A stretch of DNA of 64,000 bases from a virus. The stretch covers positions 16,820 to 80,819 of the IMG/VR virus record IMGVR_UViG_3300014348_000112. One strand, written 5' to 3'. The notes below the pieces were generated by a model. It did no database searches. It saw only the letters and a list, made by a program, of their open reading frames with translations, and was not told the DNA's origin. Below, in pieces: positions 17,054-26,404 of this stretch. The stretch's first letter is position 1. Each line of letters begins with the position of its first letter. The translations under genes and the position numbers were made by a program.

Positions 17054-17292
17054 TGAGCACAAAAGACAAGATCGCAGCAATCCTTCGTACAGCCGCCGCC
17101 GAACTCGAAGCCCTGGCGCCAGAAGGCGCAGGCGAGAGCATGGCGCTGATGGACGAAATCGGCTATGACTACCAGAGCGTTCTGGACGAGGACGAGAATT
17201 TTCAAAACAGCCAACTGCAACGGCTAGGCCGCAATCGCTTCAATTGGTTGGTCAACGCGGCCTTGAGCGAGCTTGACAATTTTAGGCCATGA
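17053..17292 (+). CDS. Hypothetical protein
   Basis: GGAGAGG RBS, TGATG coupling. Confidence 0.65.
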   Translation: MSTKDKIAAILRTAAAELEALAPEGAGESMALMDEIGYDYQSVLDEDENFQNSQLQRLGRNRFNWLVNAALSELDNFRP

Positions 17293-17483
17293 AACGTACC
17301 TGCAACGGATGCAAGGCATTGATCCAGGGAGAAAACCCGCCGACTTGTCTTCTGGGCTACGCTCAAGTCTACAGCTACCCAAGTCACGAGGAGCACTACG
17401 TCCGGCCAGCCGGCCCGGAAAACTGCCCTAAACCTACCACCTACTCCGATTTGCTATTCTGGCAAAGACAGCCAGGTCACTGA
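17289..17483 (+). CDS. Small Cys-containing protein (CNGC...C...C)
   Basis: ATGA coupling; four Cys residues. Confidence 0.6.
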   Translation: MKRTCNGCKALIQGENPPTCLLGYAQVYSYPSHEEHYVRPAGPENCPKPTTYSDLLFWQRQPGH

Positions 17484-17701
17484 ACCCCAGGAAGCCCGCC
17501 ACGAGTAAGCGAACATACAGCTATCGCTGGTGCTATGTCTGTGGGTGTGATGTCAGCGCGGCGGGTGCTGCGTGGGCTGCGCACTGCAAGATGCACGTCA
17601 AAGAAGGCAAGATGGTTGCGCTCCCGTACTATCACCGCACGCGATATGAACCAGCGCCAGGAGTGCCCATCATACCACCGCAAAAACGTCAACCAGCCTA
17701 G
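17480..17701 (+). CDS. Possible C2H2-like Zn-finger protein with a CTG start (not in the ORF track)
   Basis: Hand-translated ...RWCYVCGCDVSAAGAAWAAHCKMHVKEGK...; the only usable start is a CTG overlapping the upstream TGA. Confidence 0.4.
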   Translation: MNPRKPATSKRTYSYRWCYVCGCDVSAAGAAWAAHCKMHVKEGKMVALPYYHRTRYEPAPGVPIIPPQKRQPA

Positions 17702-17752
17702 CCCTTTCCTCACCGGGCGCGGCGGTGTCCCGGCCCCTGACGACCGCCGATC

Positions 17753-17775
17753 AAATCCGCAAATTTTGCGACTTT
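17753..17775. promoter_or_regulatory. Operator-like palindrome, copy 3 (2 mismatches)
   Basis: aaatccgcaaattttgcgacttt, followed by AAGGAGG and ATG-TAA. Confidence 0.6.
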
Positions 17776-17820
17776 ACCAACCAAGGAGGCCCGCCATGTA
17801 ACGCCCACCGTTCCACCGCA

Positions 17821-17855
17821 CAAAAGCCCCGGCTTGTGTCGAGCCGGGGCTTTTG
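17821..17855. terminator. Bidirectional rho-independent terminator
   Basis: caaaagccccggct [tgtgtcg] agccggggcttttg, where the + and - operons converge. Confidence 0.9.
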
Positions 17856-17907
17856 CTTGGAGTGGGATCACGCTCCCTTCTGGCCTCGCTTACGCCTGGC
17901 CAAGCGC

Positions 17908-18093
17908 TTACACCGAGGGCAGCGCCGCATCTGGCGCCGCCTGAGCCAGTTGGTTGTTCTCAGTTCGCATCTCCTCCAAAGCCGCCAGCAGATCGTCCAG
18001 CGCGGCCAGCATGTCGGTCAGCGTCCTCGCGTCCAACGGCAACGCCAGCAGGGCCGCGCGAAAAGCCCGGCCGGCAACCACAGCCTTGCGCAT
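17908..18093 (-). CDS. Small coiled-coil protein
   Basis: Abuts the upstream stop (TAAATG); last gene before the terminator. Confidence 0.55.
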   Translation of the reverse strand: MRKAVVAGRAFRAALLALPLDARTLTDMLAALDDLLAALEEMRTENNQLAQAAPDAALPSV

Positions 18094-18768
18094 TTACCAC
18101 CACCATCCTGCCGCGTCCAGCAACTGGGTCCGGGGTATCTTCTTGTCGATCATCGAGAACTGCTTCTGCTTCTGCTGCCGGAGCATCACCGCCGAGTCGT
18201 GCGGGCTGCGCTGGAGCCGGTGCAGGTGCAGGGCGTGGTAGCGCAGACCCGGCGGCGCGTCCCAGTAGAAGAAGTTGCGCGGATCGTTGAACACCACCGG
18301 CGCCTCGAAGGGGTAGTCGCCGGCCCACGCCACGCCGGCCGGCATCACCGCCGCGCGGCTGAACAGGTCGTCTAGCTCCCAATACTCGCCCGTCGCCTCG
18401 TCCTGGTCGATGGTCAACATAGCCGTGAAGCCGAGCTGCCGGCCTTCCGGCATCGGGTTGGCCGCGATCTGCGCCAGCGCCGCCGGGTGGTACAGCTCGT
18501 CGCCGTCCACTTGCATGATCCACTGGCGGCCCAGCTCTAGCGCGCGCCGTCCCAGGGTGCGCCGGGCCTGGCCCAACTGCGGCGCGCCCAGCGGCCCCAA
18601 CTCCAGCAGCTCCACGCCGGCCACCGACCGGGCCACGTCTCTGGTCGCGTCGGTCGAGCCGGTGTCGCCGACGATGGCTATCCCAAATTGGGATACCAAG
18701 GGCCGCAGCACCCGCTCCAGCCAAATCTCCTCGTTCTTGACAAGCACCACGGGGGCTAAATCAACCAT
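18094..18768 (-). CDS. Glycosyltransferase family 2-like protein
   Basis: VLVKNEE...GDTGSTDATRDV...WIMQVDGDELY (DxD) GT-A pattern. Confidence 0.8.
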   Translation of the reverse strand: MVDLAPVVLVKNEEIWLERVLRPLVSQFGIAIVGDTGSTDATRDVARSVAGVELLELGPLGAPQLGQARRTLGRRALELGRQWIMQVDGDELYHPAALAQIAANPMPEGRQLGFTAMLTIDQDEATGEYWELDDLFSRAAVMPAGVAWAGDYPFEAPVVFNDPRNFFYWDAPPGLRYHALHLHRLQRSPHDSAVMLRQQKQKQFSMIDKKIPRTQLLDAAGWWW

Positions 18769-18796
18769 CGTGTATATTTCCTCGTGTTCTGAGTGC

Positions 18797-18832
18797 AAAA
18801 TCGCTCCTGGGTCGTCCTGGCGTCCCTGGGGG
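18797..18832 (-). repeat. 36-bp dispersed intergenic element, copy 2
   Basis: Reverse complement of 1361-1396 with 1 mismatch. Confidence 0.9.
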
Positions 18833-18839
18833 CAATCTG

Positions 18840-18870
18840 TAGGGGCTTGAATGCCGCATTCAACCCCCTA
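18840..18870. repeat. Palindrome TAGGGG-C-TTGAATGC-C-GCATTCAA-C-CCCCTA (related copy at 46998-47028)
   Basis: 8-bp inner arms and 6-bp outer arms. Confidence 0.8.
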
Positions 18871-19341
18871 CTTCCCGCATTCCTCGATTACCACCGGGCC
18901 GACCGTGTAGGCGTCCTCGCGGCCGTTGACCGAAACGTGGTCCAGCCAGTACACGCCCGCCGGCAAGTCCGGGATCAGCCGCCGCGCCGTCGTGCGCACC
19001 TCCACCGGCCGCACCAGCGGCAGCTCGTAGCTTCTGGCCGTGGTTTGCAGCGTCACGCCGTCCGCCTCCCGCCGCCACGCCTCGACGACGTGGGCAATCG
19101 ACGGCAGTTCGTGCGCCAGCACCAGCACCTCCACCGGAAAGCGCATCTCCTCGCCGGGACAATACGCCGCCTTGTCCGGCGCGTAGATCGCTGAGCCGTA
19201 CTCAACTACCACCGGCCGGCTTTGCACGTCCAGCAGGATTGCATACAGCAGCAGCGCCACCGCCGCCATCATCGTCACGATCAGCAGCCCCACCCCGCGC
19301 CGCGTCGTCCACAGAGTGCGGGCAATTGTTACCGGGGTCAT
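18868..19341 (-). CDS. Membrane-anchored protein with a beta-rich extracellular domain
   Basis: N-terminal TM GVGLLIVTMMAAVALLLYAILL; ATGA coupling. Confidence 0.7.
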   Translation of the reverse strand: MTPVTIARTLWTTRRGVGLLIVTMMAAVALLLYAILLDVQSRPVVVEYGSAIYAPDKAAYCPGEEMRFPVEVLVLAHELPSIAHVVEAWRREADGVTLQTTARSYELPLVRPVEVRTTARRLIPDLPAGVYWLDHVSVNGREDAYTVGPVVIEECGK

Positions 19342-20255
19342 CGTGATCTCTCCATCGTCACCGCCGCCATGCGCAGGCACAGCACGGCCAGCAACAACAG
19401 CACCGCCTCGAACATCGTGCCCATCCACCAGGGCGTGAAGAGCACGGTGCGCGTCTGGAGGATGAAGAGCAGGCTCGCGCCGAAGAACAGCACCGTCGCC
19501 GCGCACCAGCGCCAGAACCACACCTGCCAGGGCGGATTGATGCGCCGCTCCAACGCGCTGACCCTGCCGTCCAGGCCCAGGAAACGATCCTCCAGCTCGT
19601 TCAGCGTCGCGTGGCACTCGTGGATGATGCGCAGCGCCTCCTGCGGGTGGCCGGCGTTGACCGCGTCCTGAAGCTGGCGCACTTGCGCGCCCAGCTCGTT
19701 GGTCGCCGACTTGCTGTCCGGCATGAACAACTGCGGCGCGGCCCGGTTGCTGGTGTCGCTCACGCCGATGGCGGCCAGGCCGATGCGGTGCGCCGCGCGC
19801 ACCGTCTCGCCGCCCAGCAGCGCGTGCAGCAGCGCCACGTCGTAATCGACCGCCGCCGTGTCTGAGATGCCGCTGGCCATCGCCACGAGCTGGATGCCTT
19901 CAGCCGGCAGCACGTCGGCGAAACTCTCCCAGCCGGCCCGCTGCCCGCTGTCGCACACGCTCAGGATCACCAGCGTGGCGCCGCTGGTCTTGATCTCGCT
20001 GGCCAGCCAGTGCGGCTCGACATCCTTGCCGCCTGGCAGCAGCAGCCGGCCGTTTTTGCCGTGGCCGCTCCACAGCACCACGTCGTAGTTGCCGCGCCGC
20101 AGCCGGTTCTGCACCCGCTCAGGCGTTACAAGCGGCCCGGTCAGTGGCTCCACAGTCAGCCCCTCCACGTCGCCCAGGCGCGTCAGCTCTGAGGTCTGCG
20201 CCAGCGCCGGCAGCCCGGCGATCTCCGGCGCAATGACCAGCGCGGAGAGCGTCAT
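19338..20255 (-). CDS. CHAT/caspase-like domain protein with a coiled coil and two C-terminal TM segments
   Basis: YDVVLWSGHG and LVILSVCDSG give the caspase-fold His/Cys dyad contexts. Confidence 0.72.
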   Translation of the reverse strand: MTLSALVIAPEIAGLPALAQTSELTRLGDVEGLTVEPLTGPLVTPERVQNRLRRGNYDVVLWSGHGKNGRLLLPGGKDVEPHWLASEIKTSGATLVILSVCDSGQRAGWESFADVLPAEGIQLVAMASGISDTAAVDYDVALLHALLGGETVRAAHRIGLAAIGVSDTSNRAAPQLFMPDSKSATNELGAQVRQLQDAVNAGHPQEALRIIHECHATLNELEDRFLGLDGRVSALERRINPPWQVWFWRWCAATVLFFGASLLFILQTRTVLFTPWWMGTMFEAVLLLLAVLCLRMAAVTMERSR

Positions 20256-20518
20256 AGACCCCTCTCGCGCCAGTAGCGCCGCATACTGCCCCAGATCATC
20301 GGGCTGCCGCACGCCACGAAGACCAGCAGCGCCAGCACGAACGTGCGCAGGTCCGTCAGCAGCAGCAGGCCCACCAGCGCAATGCCCACGCCGCCCACCA
20401 CCAGCCAGGCCGTCACGCCGTGGGCGCGCGGCAGTTGCGCCTGCACGTACTCGACCAGCTCGTTGTACAGCAAGCCGGCGACGAACATCAGCGCCAGCAC
20501 CAACCAGACAGGGATCAT
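20252..20518 (-). CDS. Small multi-TM protein, holin-like
   Basis: 88 aa, three hydrophobic segments, basic C-terminus (MRRYWRERGL), located after the tail genes. Confidence 0.55.
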   Translation of the reverse strand: MIPVWLVLALMFVAGLLYNELVEYVQAQLPRAHGVTAWLVVGGVGIALVGLLLLTDLRTFVLALLVFVACGSPMIWGSMRRYWRERGL

Positions 20519-20529
20519 CAATGTCGCTC

Positions 20530-23500
20530 CTATGGCGATGGGGTCAGCGTTGGAGTCGGGGCCGCCGCCCAGTAGGAATTGCCCAGGCCCATCGTGGGCC
20601 AGCGCTGCTCGATCCACGTCGGCGCGCCGTCGTACAGCCGCGCCAGGCAGTGGTCGGGATTGACCAGCTGCCAGGATAGCGTATCGACCGCCGTCCAGGG
20701 CGTTGTGTTGCCGTTGAACAGCGTCACCTCGCCGCGCTGGTTGGAGAGCGTCACGCCGTCCAGCTCCTGGTAGAACACCAACCGCTCGCCTGCGTCCAGT
20801 GTCCCGTTCAGCCGCACGCAACGATCCCGGCCGCACAGGCGCCAGCCGGTCACGTCCGTCGTGGCCCGCGCCAGCAGCTCGGTCGCGTTATCGTTGCCCA
20901 GCGTCCCGTCTGGGAACAGGTCGATGCCCTGCATGTTCGGGCAAATCTCGTTCAGCATCACCGCCGGCATGGACGATACCACCGTCGGCGTGGCCGTTGC
21001 GGTCGGCGTTCGTGTTGGCGTCGCGGTGGCGGTCCCGGTGGGCGCGCTGGTCGCCGTCGGCGTGCTCGTTGCCCCACCCGGCGTGTTGGACGGCACGACC
21101 GTCGGCGTTCGGGTTGGGGTAGGCGTCAATGTCGGCGTGTTGGTCGGGGTGGGCGTGGGCGTGCTCGAAGCCAGCGGCGTGGCCGTGGGGGAGGCCGTCC
21201 AGGTCGCGGTCGGCGTGCTGCCGGCGGCGCTGGCCGAAACGAGCAGGCTGGGCAGGTTGCCCGTCGAGTTGTTCTGCGTGTTGAGGTAATAATCGACGTT
21301 GCAGTACCCTGACGGGTTGGGCGTGCAGACCGGCTGTAGCTTGATGTTGAGACCCTGGTACGTCATCAGGTTGGTCACGTCGAAGGTCAGGCGCGAGCCT
21401 ACATCGGCGCTCGTGATCGGCACCGGCGTCCCGCATGTCCCCACGTCGTTGGCCCCGTAGGCGCCCGGCGTCTGCCAGGCTGAGCCGGCGGCGTAGCTGT
21501 TCCAGGTCGCGCCCGCCTCCGTCCAGGCCCGCTTGATCTGGCAGGGGATGACGTACATCGTCGCCGGCCCGCCGCTGTTGACGTAATAAGACAAGCCGGC
21601 AAAGCCGAAGGCCACGTCGGTGGGGAAGGTCAGGTCAACGTCCACCAGCCCCTGCTTGGCCGTGCTGGGCGCGTAGGTCGGCATCGGCGTGTTGCGCAGC
21701 GTCCCCGCCGACAGGTTGACGTACTGGTTGAAACCGTAGTTCGTGTCGCTCACCTGGCTGTTGATGTACGTGTCCTGCCAGTTATTGTTCGGCACAACGG
21801 TCTGCGCCCAGACGCTGCCGGCCGTCGGGGTGGCCGTCGGCGCAGCCGCGGTCGGCGTGGGCGGCGTGCCAGGCGTCCATGTGGGCGTGGGTGTGGGCGC
21901 GCCAGGATAGGTTGCGTCAACTTCCAGCTTCACCTTCTGAATGATCAGATTGCCGCCGCTGGTGCCGTCTCGCAGGTAGATGTCGCTCGCGCCGACCAGC
22001 GAGTTGGTGAGCGAGCAGGAAAGCTCAGTCTGCACCGTGACCCACTGCCCGGTGTTGGTCTTCGTAATCTCTGCGCTATCTGCTGAGCAACCGACTGTGA
22101 AGGAGGCCGTCCCCACGTCGGCATAGGTGGTGTAGACCTGCACCAGCGAAGAGCCGTAGAAGAAGTCGTCGCTGACCCGGAAATACATATAAGGGTTGCC
22201 TGCCGTGGTCTTGCGGGCGTAGCGATTGCGCGGGTCGCACGATGGCACGCTTTGCAGATCCTGGCCTGCACACGCGATTTGCGGGATGGCGTCGTAGGCC
22301 GGGGCCGTGACGCTGCCCGCAATCGCCGGCAGCGTGCTGGCCGGCAGGTTGCACGACTGGTTGGCCGGCCTCGACCCTTGCGTCATCACAAGCTCCAGGC
22401 CGCGCTCGAAGTTGCCGCACTTGGGCCGCCACGCAAACTGGCTCTCGCGCTGGTAGGAGACCACAAAGGGTAGCTCGTTGTCCTGTTTGTCGCCTAACTC
22501 CATGAATTCGGTCATGATCTCGGCCACCTGGGTGTTGGTGTACGGTACCCGGTAGGAGTAGATCGACCCCGGCACAGGCTCGAAATTGACCTTGAGGATG
22601 CTGATCCGGTTGGCGATGGCGTTGGCGACCGACCAGTACAACTGCTCTTCCAGATTGGTCTGGTTGGGCACTGGAGGGTTGTTGGGCGGGTTGGAGTTGC
22701 CGTAAGCCCAGCTATCCTGCGCCTCGGCCAGGCCGAAGCTCTCCGTCCCCATCAGTGGGAAGCCGTCATACTGGCCGTAGCGCCCGTTGGGCCAGTAGGA
22801 GTACCAGTCGTCGCCGTCGTCCAGCAGCTTGTTGTGGCTGATCCCCGCGCCGTTGGCGATGGCGTACCCGTTGATGCTCTCACGCACCCACGGTTCAAAA
22901 CTGTAGTTGGCCGTCATGACGACGAGGCGCTGCGTCGCGCCGGCTGCGGTAAACGCGTCCACCCATACGTCGATCACCGCCCTGATCGTCGCATCCCAGA
23001 TGCGCGCGCCGTCGTTGGTGGTGCAGCCCGTCGCCGCCGTGCAGATCGAGCCGGCGGCAAAGCCCAGGTGCGCCAGGTCGCCGGCATCTGCGTCCGTGTT
23101 CATCTGCGCCAGGTGGAAGACGTTCTCCTCGCTAACGGTGATGCCCAGCTCGCCAAAACGGCCAAAAGGTATCTCGACCCAATCCACGAGCCGACCCTGC
23201 GGGTCTTCTGAGAAATGCACAGCCGCCTCGCTAGCAAAGTCCTCCATCCACGCCAGATACTCAGCGCCCCAGAAGCGGGGGACGCGGTGATAGTCCGCGC
23301 CGCTGCCAAAAATCTTGTAGTAATAGACGCCCTCGTCGGCTGCCTCCAGATAGTCCGACGGCAGCCACACGTAGTCGTTGGGCGCCCACGTCCCGATCCC
23401 CCAGGAGATTGACGTAAAGCCCACGCCGATGTCGAAGCCGAACGTGTTCTTGGTTCGGTCGGCCCAGTTGTCGAAGCGGCCCCAACTGAACACCCCGGCT

Positions 23501-23739
23501 GTGGGGTTGATCTCGTTCATCTCGATGCGGTCAAAGCTGCCGGTCTTGAACTGCGCGTAGGAGGCTCCGTTGCTTGGCCGGTAGTCCTCGAACTCGTAGA
23601 AGCCAGCCGGCGCGCCTTCTGCCATGATCGAGACGCCATCCATTTTAGGCGGGATGGTATCGTCCGGCTCGCTCGCGCAGCGCGCCAGCAGCGCCACCGC
23701 CAGCAGCGCCAGCAGCAAAACAGGCAGCTTTCGTCTCAC
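20530..23739 (-). CDS. Large exported protein: glycoside-hydrolase-like N-terminal domain, DNRLRE-like domain, Pro/Thr linkers, lamin-tail-like C-terminus
   Basis: Signal peptide with Cys21; [21 protein letters not shown] resembles GH42/GH35-type starts; [15 protein letters not shown]; PTPT repeats; VMLNEICPN. Confidence 0.62.
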   Translation of the reverse strand: MRRKLPVLLLALLAVALLARCASEPDDTIPPKMDGVSIMAEGAPAGFYEFEDYRPSNGASYAQFKTGSFDRIEMNEINPTAGVFSWGRFDNWADRTKNTFGFDIGVGFTSISWGIGTWAPNDYVWLPSDYLEAADEGVYYYKIFGSGADYHRVPRFWGAEYLAWMEDFASEAAVHFSEDPQGRLVDWVEIPFGRFGELGITVSEENVFHLAQMNTDADAGDLAHLGFAAGSICTAATGCTTNDGARIWDATIRAVIDVWVDAFTAAGATQRLVVMTANYSFEPWVRESINGYAIANGAGISHNKLLDDGDDWYSYWPNGRYGQYDGFPLMGTESFGLAEAQDSWAYGNSNPPNNPPVPNQTNLEEQLYWSVANAIANRISILKVNFEPVPGSIYSYRVPYTNTQVAEIMTEFMELGDKQDNELPFVVSYQRESQFAWRPKCGNFERGLELVMTQGSRPANQSCNLPASTLPAIAGSVTAPAYDAIPQIACAGQDLQSVPSCDPRNRYARKTTAGNPYMYFRVSDDFFYGSSLVQVYTTYADVGTASFTVGCSADSAEITKTNTGQWVTVQTELSCSLTNSLVGASDIYLRDGTSGGNLIIQKVKLEVDATYPGAPTPTPTWTPGTPPTPTAAAPTATPTAGSVWAQTVVPNNNWQDTYINSQVSDTNYGFNQYVNLSAGTLRNTPMPTYAPSTAKQGLVDVDLTFPTDVAFGFAGLSYYVNSGGPATMYVIPCQIKRAWTEAGATWNSYAAGSAWQTPGAYGANDVGTCGTPVPITSADVGSRLTFDVTNLMTYQGLNIKLQPVCTPNPSGYCNVDYYLNTQNNSTGNLPSLLVSASAAGSTPTATWTASPTATPLASSTPTPTPTNTPTLTPTPTRTPTVVPSNTPGGATSTPTATSAPTGTATATPTRTPTATATPTVVSSMPAVMLNEICPNMQGIDLFPDGTLGNDNATELLARATTDVTGWRLCGRDRCVRLNGTLDAGERLVFYQELDGVTLSNQRGEVTLFNGNTTPWTAVDTLSWQLVNPDHCLARLYDGAPTWIEQRWPTMGLGNSYWAAAPTPTLTPSP

Positions 23740-23924
23740 AATCCGCCTCCTATCGGCAGGTTCTTCAGCACCTCGATCAACTGCGCCACCTGCCGCCAGC
23801 GCATCGGCGCCACCATGATTTTACCCGTCTCGTCCGCCCACACCAGCGGCTGCACCCTGACCTGCTCAGGCGCTGTAGCCTCCGGCGCGCCGGTCTCATC
23901 TGTCGTCGTGTCTGTCTTCTTCAT
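23736..23924 (-). CDS. Small hypothetical protein
   Basis: GAGAGG RBS; stop overlaps the next GTG. Confidence 0.6.
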   Translation of the reverse strand: MKKTDTTTDETGAPEATAPEQVRVQPLVWADETGKIMVAPMRWRQVAQLIEVLKNLPIGGGL

Positions 23925-23935
23925 CGTTCTGCCTC

Positions 23936-26404
23936 TCATGCAGTGCTCTTGATAGCCCAGTTCGCGCCCAGCCGTCGAATCGTCACAGTCTGGTACTGAG
24001 CCGTCAGAATGTAGGACGCCGCGCCGTTGATGGTTGCCGCGCCGTCCGGCTCAATCGCAACCTCGTTCGCGCCGCTGTCGCTCTTGTGGAACGTATATTC
24101 CCAATTGCGTGGCTTGGAGGTTGCGGCTGGTAGATTGATCGTGATCTTGCCGCTCGTCGCGTCGCAGGTATAGAAACGCACGTTGCCGGCCGTCATGCCG
24201 CTGTCGCTGCTGTCCACCGCTTCCCAGCCGGTAGCATCGCCAGCCAGCGCAACCGGCACCCAATAGCCTCCATACCATATGTACACGCCAGCGCCAGCCC
24301 CCGGTTCGTAGGTGCCGTTGCTATGCAGCAGCCCGCCGTTCTGGATCGTCCCTCCTGGTATGGTTGCGGCAGTGTAGGGCATCGGGTAGATGATCTCGGC
24401 GCTCAGGTCAATGCGCGTGTGTGTGAACGGCGCCGTACCTTCCGCTCGATAGGCCCACAGGTCGATGTACGTCATTTGCTGGTTGGCCGTGTCGTAGCCG
24501 CCCACCGCGCGCACGCGGGCACTGGCCTGGTAGTCGCCCAGCGCGCTCAGCATGGCGCGCGCCCGCTTGCCGGTCAGCGGCTGCGCTTGCAGCAGCAGGA
24601 TGTGCTCCTCCGGCGTGCCGCCGTTGTTGATCGCGCTGATCCGGTGGCTAGAGTGATCGTCCGTGGGGCTGGTCCAGAAGGAAACCATCCGGCTCTCGCC
24701 GTACTCCTCGCCTGTCACCTCTGGGTCCTCCGACTCTGGGGTGAAGAACTGCAACCCCTCGGTCGTGTCCAGCCGGATCGCGCCGCTCGGAGACGCCAGC
24801 ATAGCCGTCCTGATGGCCCAGCCGCCCACACTCCCCTCGCCGGTGTAGACTTGGCCGGTGAAATGGCCGTCGCCGTTGTAGTCCAGGTAAACCACCGGCG
24901 TATCGCCGTTGAACAGGCCCACCCTGCCCAGCGCGCCGCGCTCGGTGCGAAAGTTGCGAAAGTCCGGGTCGCCGCGCATCATCGTGCCGGCCAGCCAGGT
25001 CTTCCACACGCCCGACCCTGGCCGGTTCTCCAGCGTCAGCGGCCCCCAGGCGTCCACCGCCGACAGGTATTGCGCGCCCAGCCCGTCCACCGAGTAGCCG
25101 GCTATGCCGCGGCTGGTGATCACGCCCCGCCGCTGTGGGTCGTCCGGGTCGGTGATGACGAACTGCCCGTCGCTCTCGAAAATCAGCGTCCCCTTGACCA
25201 CCGCCGACTCCATGATGACCGTGCCATCCATGATCAGCACGCCCGTCTCGTCGTCGTAGCTGACCGAGTTTGCCTGCGGTGGGGGGTTGCCGATGTAGGC
25301 ATGGACCCCGCCCGTCTCGGTATTGCGCAGCACCGCCTTGGCCACGCCGGCCTCGTTGCGCAGCGCAAACGTCGCCCGGTTGTTCACTTCGCCCAAGTCT
25401 ATCCTGGCGCCCATCGCGTCGCCGATAGTGAACAGGTCTCGCAGATAGCTGTGCTCTGGCGTGATCTCGATAATCGGGCTGGCCCCACGGTACACCCCCC
25501 AGCGCTCGTTTGTCCCGTCGAAGGTGTTGTGAACGCCCTCCAGCGGGCCGAAGTCGTAGTCGCCGGCCAGCCGCTCGTTTTCGTCCTTGCCAAAAATGCG
25601 CACGCGGTCTTTGCCGTCGGAATCAGCCACAACGATGTTTGTGTTGCGCAGCAGCAACTCCTCGCGCGTGGCCGAATACATCACATACGTGTCATAGTTG
25701 CTCAGGTCGCCGAACGCCATGCCAAACTCGTCCGTCGTCACGCCGGCCACCCCGTTCAGGTTGCCCAGACGGAAAACGCGCTCTTGTCTGGTGGGCGGGC
25801 TGTCGGTCCAGTAGGCCGCGGTCATGTTCGGCGCGGCGTTCGAGTTGGCGTGCCGGTTGTCAATCGAGATGTAGCCGATCTCGGTCAGGCCGTTGATCAG
25901 CGTCGATACGGCCCACCCCGTCACCAGGCCGGCCGGGCTGGTAAATACCCGCCGCGTCACCGGGTAGCGATAGCACACGCCCCCGCCGGGGCACGAGACC
26001 ACCGTCGCTGCCGCCGTCACCCGCATGAACTCGATCTGGCCGGCCGTGTCGCTCACCGCCGCCTGCTCGCCCACCGCAAAGATGTCATCGGCCACGGTGA
26101 TGAGTGTGCCGGTCGCGGTGAGCGCCGCGGTCAGGTGCGTTGAGTGGGTGAAAACCGTCCAGCCCGTGCGGGCGATGGTATCGGCCGCTTGCAAGTTGCC
26201 TATCGAAGACAGGGCAAGCTCCACGTCCTCTCCCAGCTCCTGCAACGCGTTCTCGACCTCCAGCGCGTCGAAATAGGCGCCGGTATCCACAATGGGTACA
26301 TCGACCGCCATTACCAGGCGCGACGAGGCGTGTACGCCAGGAGACGCCACTGCGGGGCTGGTGGGGATGCTATCAATGCGGCGGCGAAGATCAGCTTTTG
26401 GCAC
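23936..26404 (-). CDS. Minor tail protein / tail fibre-spike
   Basis: 822 aa, beta/Gly-rich, downstream of the tape measure; C-terminal DATSGKITINLPAA...IEPDGAATING resembles tail-tip domains. Confidence 0.72.
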   Translation of the reverse strand: MPKADLRRRIDSIPTSPAVASPGVHASSRLVMAVDVPIVDTGAYFDALEVENALQELGEDVELALSSIGNLQAADTIARTGWTVFTHSTHLTAALTATGTLITVADDIFAVGEQAAVSDTAGQIEFMRVTAAATVVSCPGGGVCYRYPVTRRVFTSPAGLVTGWAVSTLINGLTEIGYISIDNRHANSNAAPNMTAAYWTDSPPTRQERVFRLGNLNGVAGVTTDEFGMAFGDLSNYDTYVMYSATREELLLRNTNIVVADSDGKDRVRIFGKDENERLAGDYDFGPLEGVHNTFDGTNERWGVYRGASPIIEITPEHSYLRDLFTIGDAMGARIDLGEVNNRATFALRNEAGVAKAVLRNTETGGVHAYIGNPPPQANSVSYDDETGVLIMDGTVIMESAVVKGTLIFESDGQFVITDPDDPQRRGVITSRGIAGYSVDGLGAQYLSAVDAWGPLTLENRPGSGVWKTWLAGTMMRGDPDFRNFRTERGALGRVGLFNGDTPVVYLDYNGDGHFTGQVYTGEGSVGGWAIRTAMLASPSGAIRLDTTEGLQFFTPESEDPEVTGEEYGESRMVSFWTSPTDDHSSHRISAINNGGTPEEHILLLQAQPLTGKRARAMLSALGDYQASARVRAVGGYDTANQQMTYIDLWAYRAEGTAPFTHTRIDLSAEIIYPMPYTAATIPGGTIQNGGLLHSNGTYEPGAGAGVYIWYGGYWVPVALAGDATGWEAVDSSDSGMTAGNVRFYTCDATSGKITINLPAATSKPRNWEYTFHKSDSGANEVAIEPDGAATINGAASYILTAQYQTVTIRRLGANWAIKSTA

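Noticed and set aside
17535-17801. Track ORF of 88 aa
   Set aside because: No RBS, runs through the palindrome and RBS module; an alternative frame (17480-17701) has a better motif.
20980-21900. Pro/Thr tandem repeats as a separate repeat element
   Set aside because: Ordinary interdomain linkers of the exported protein.
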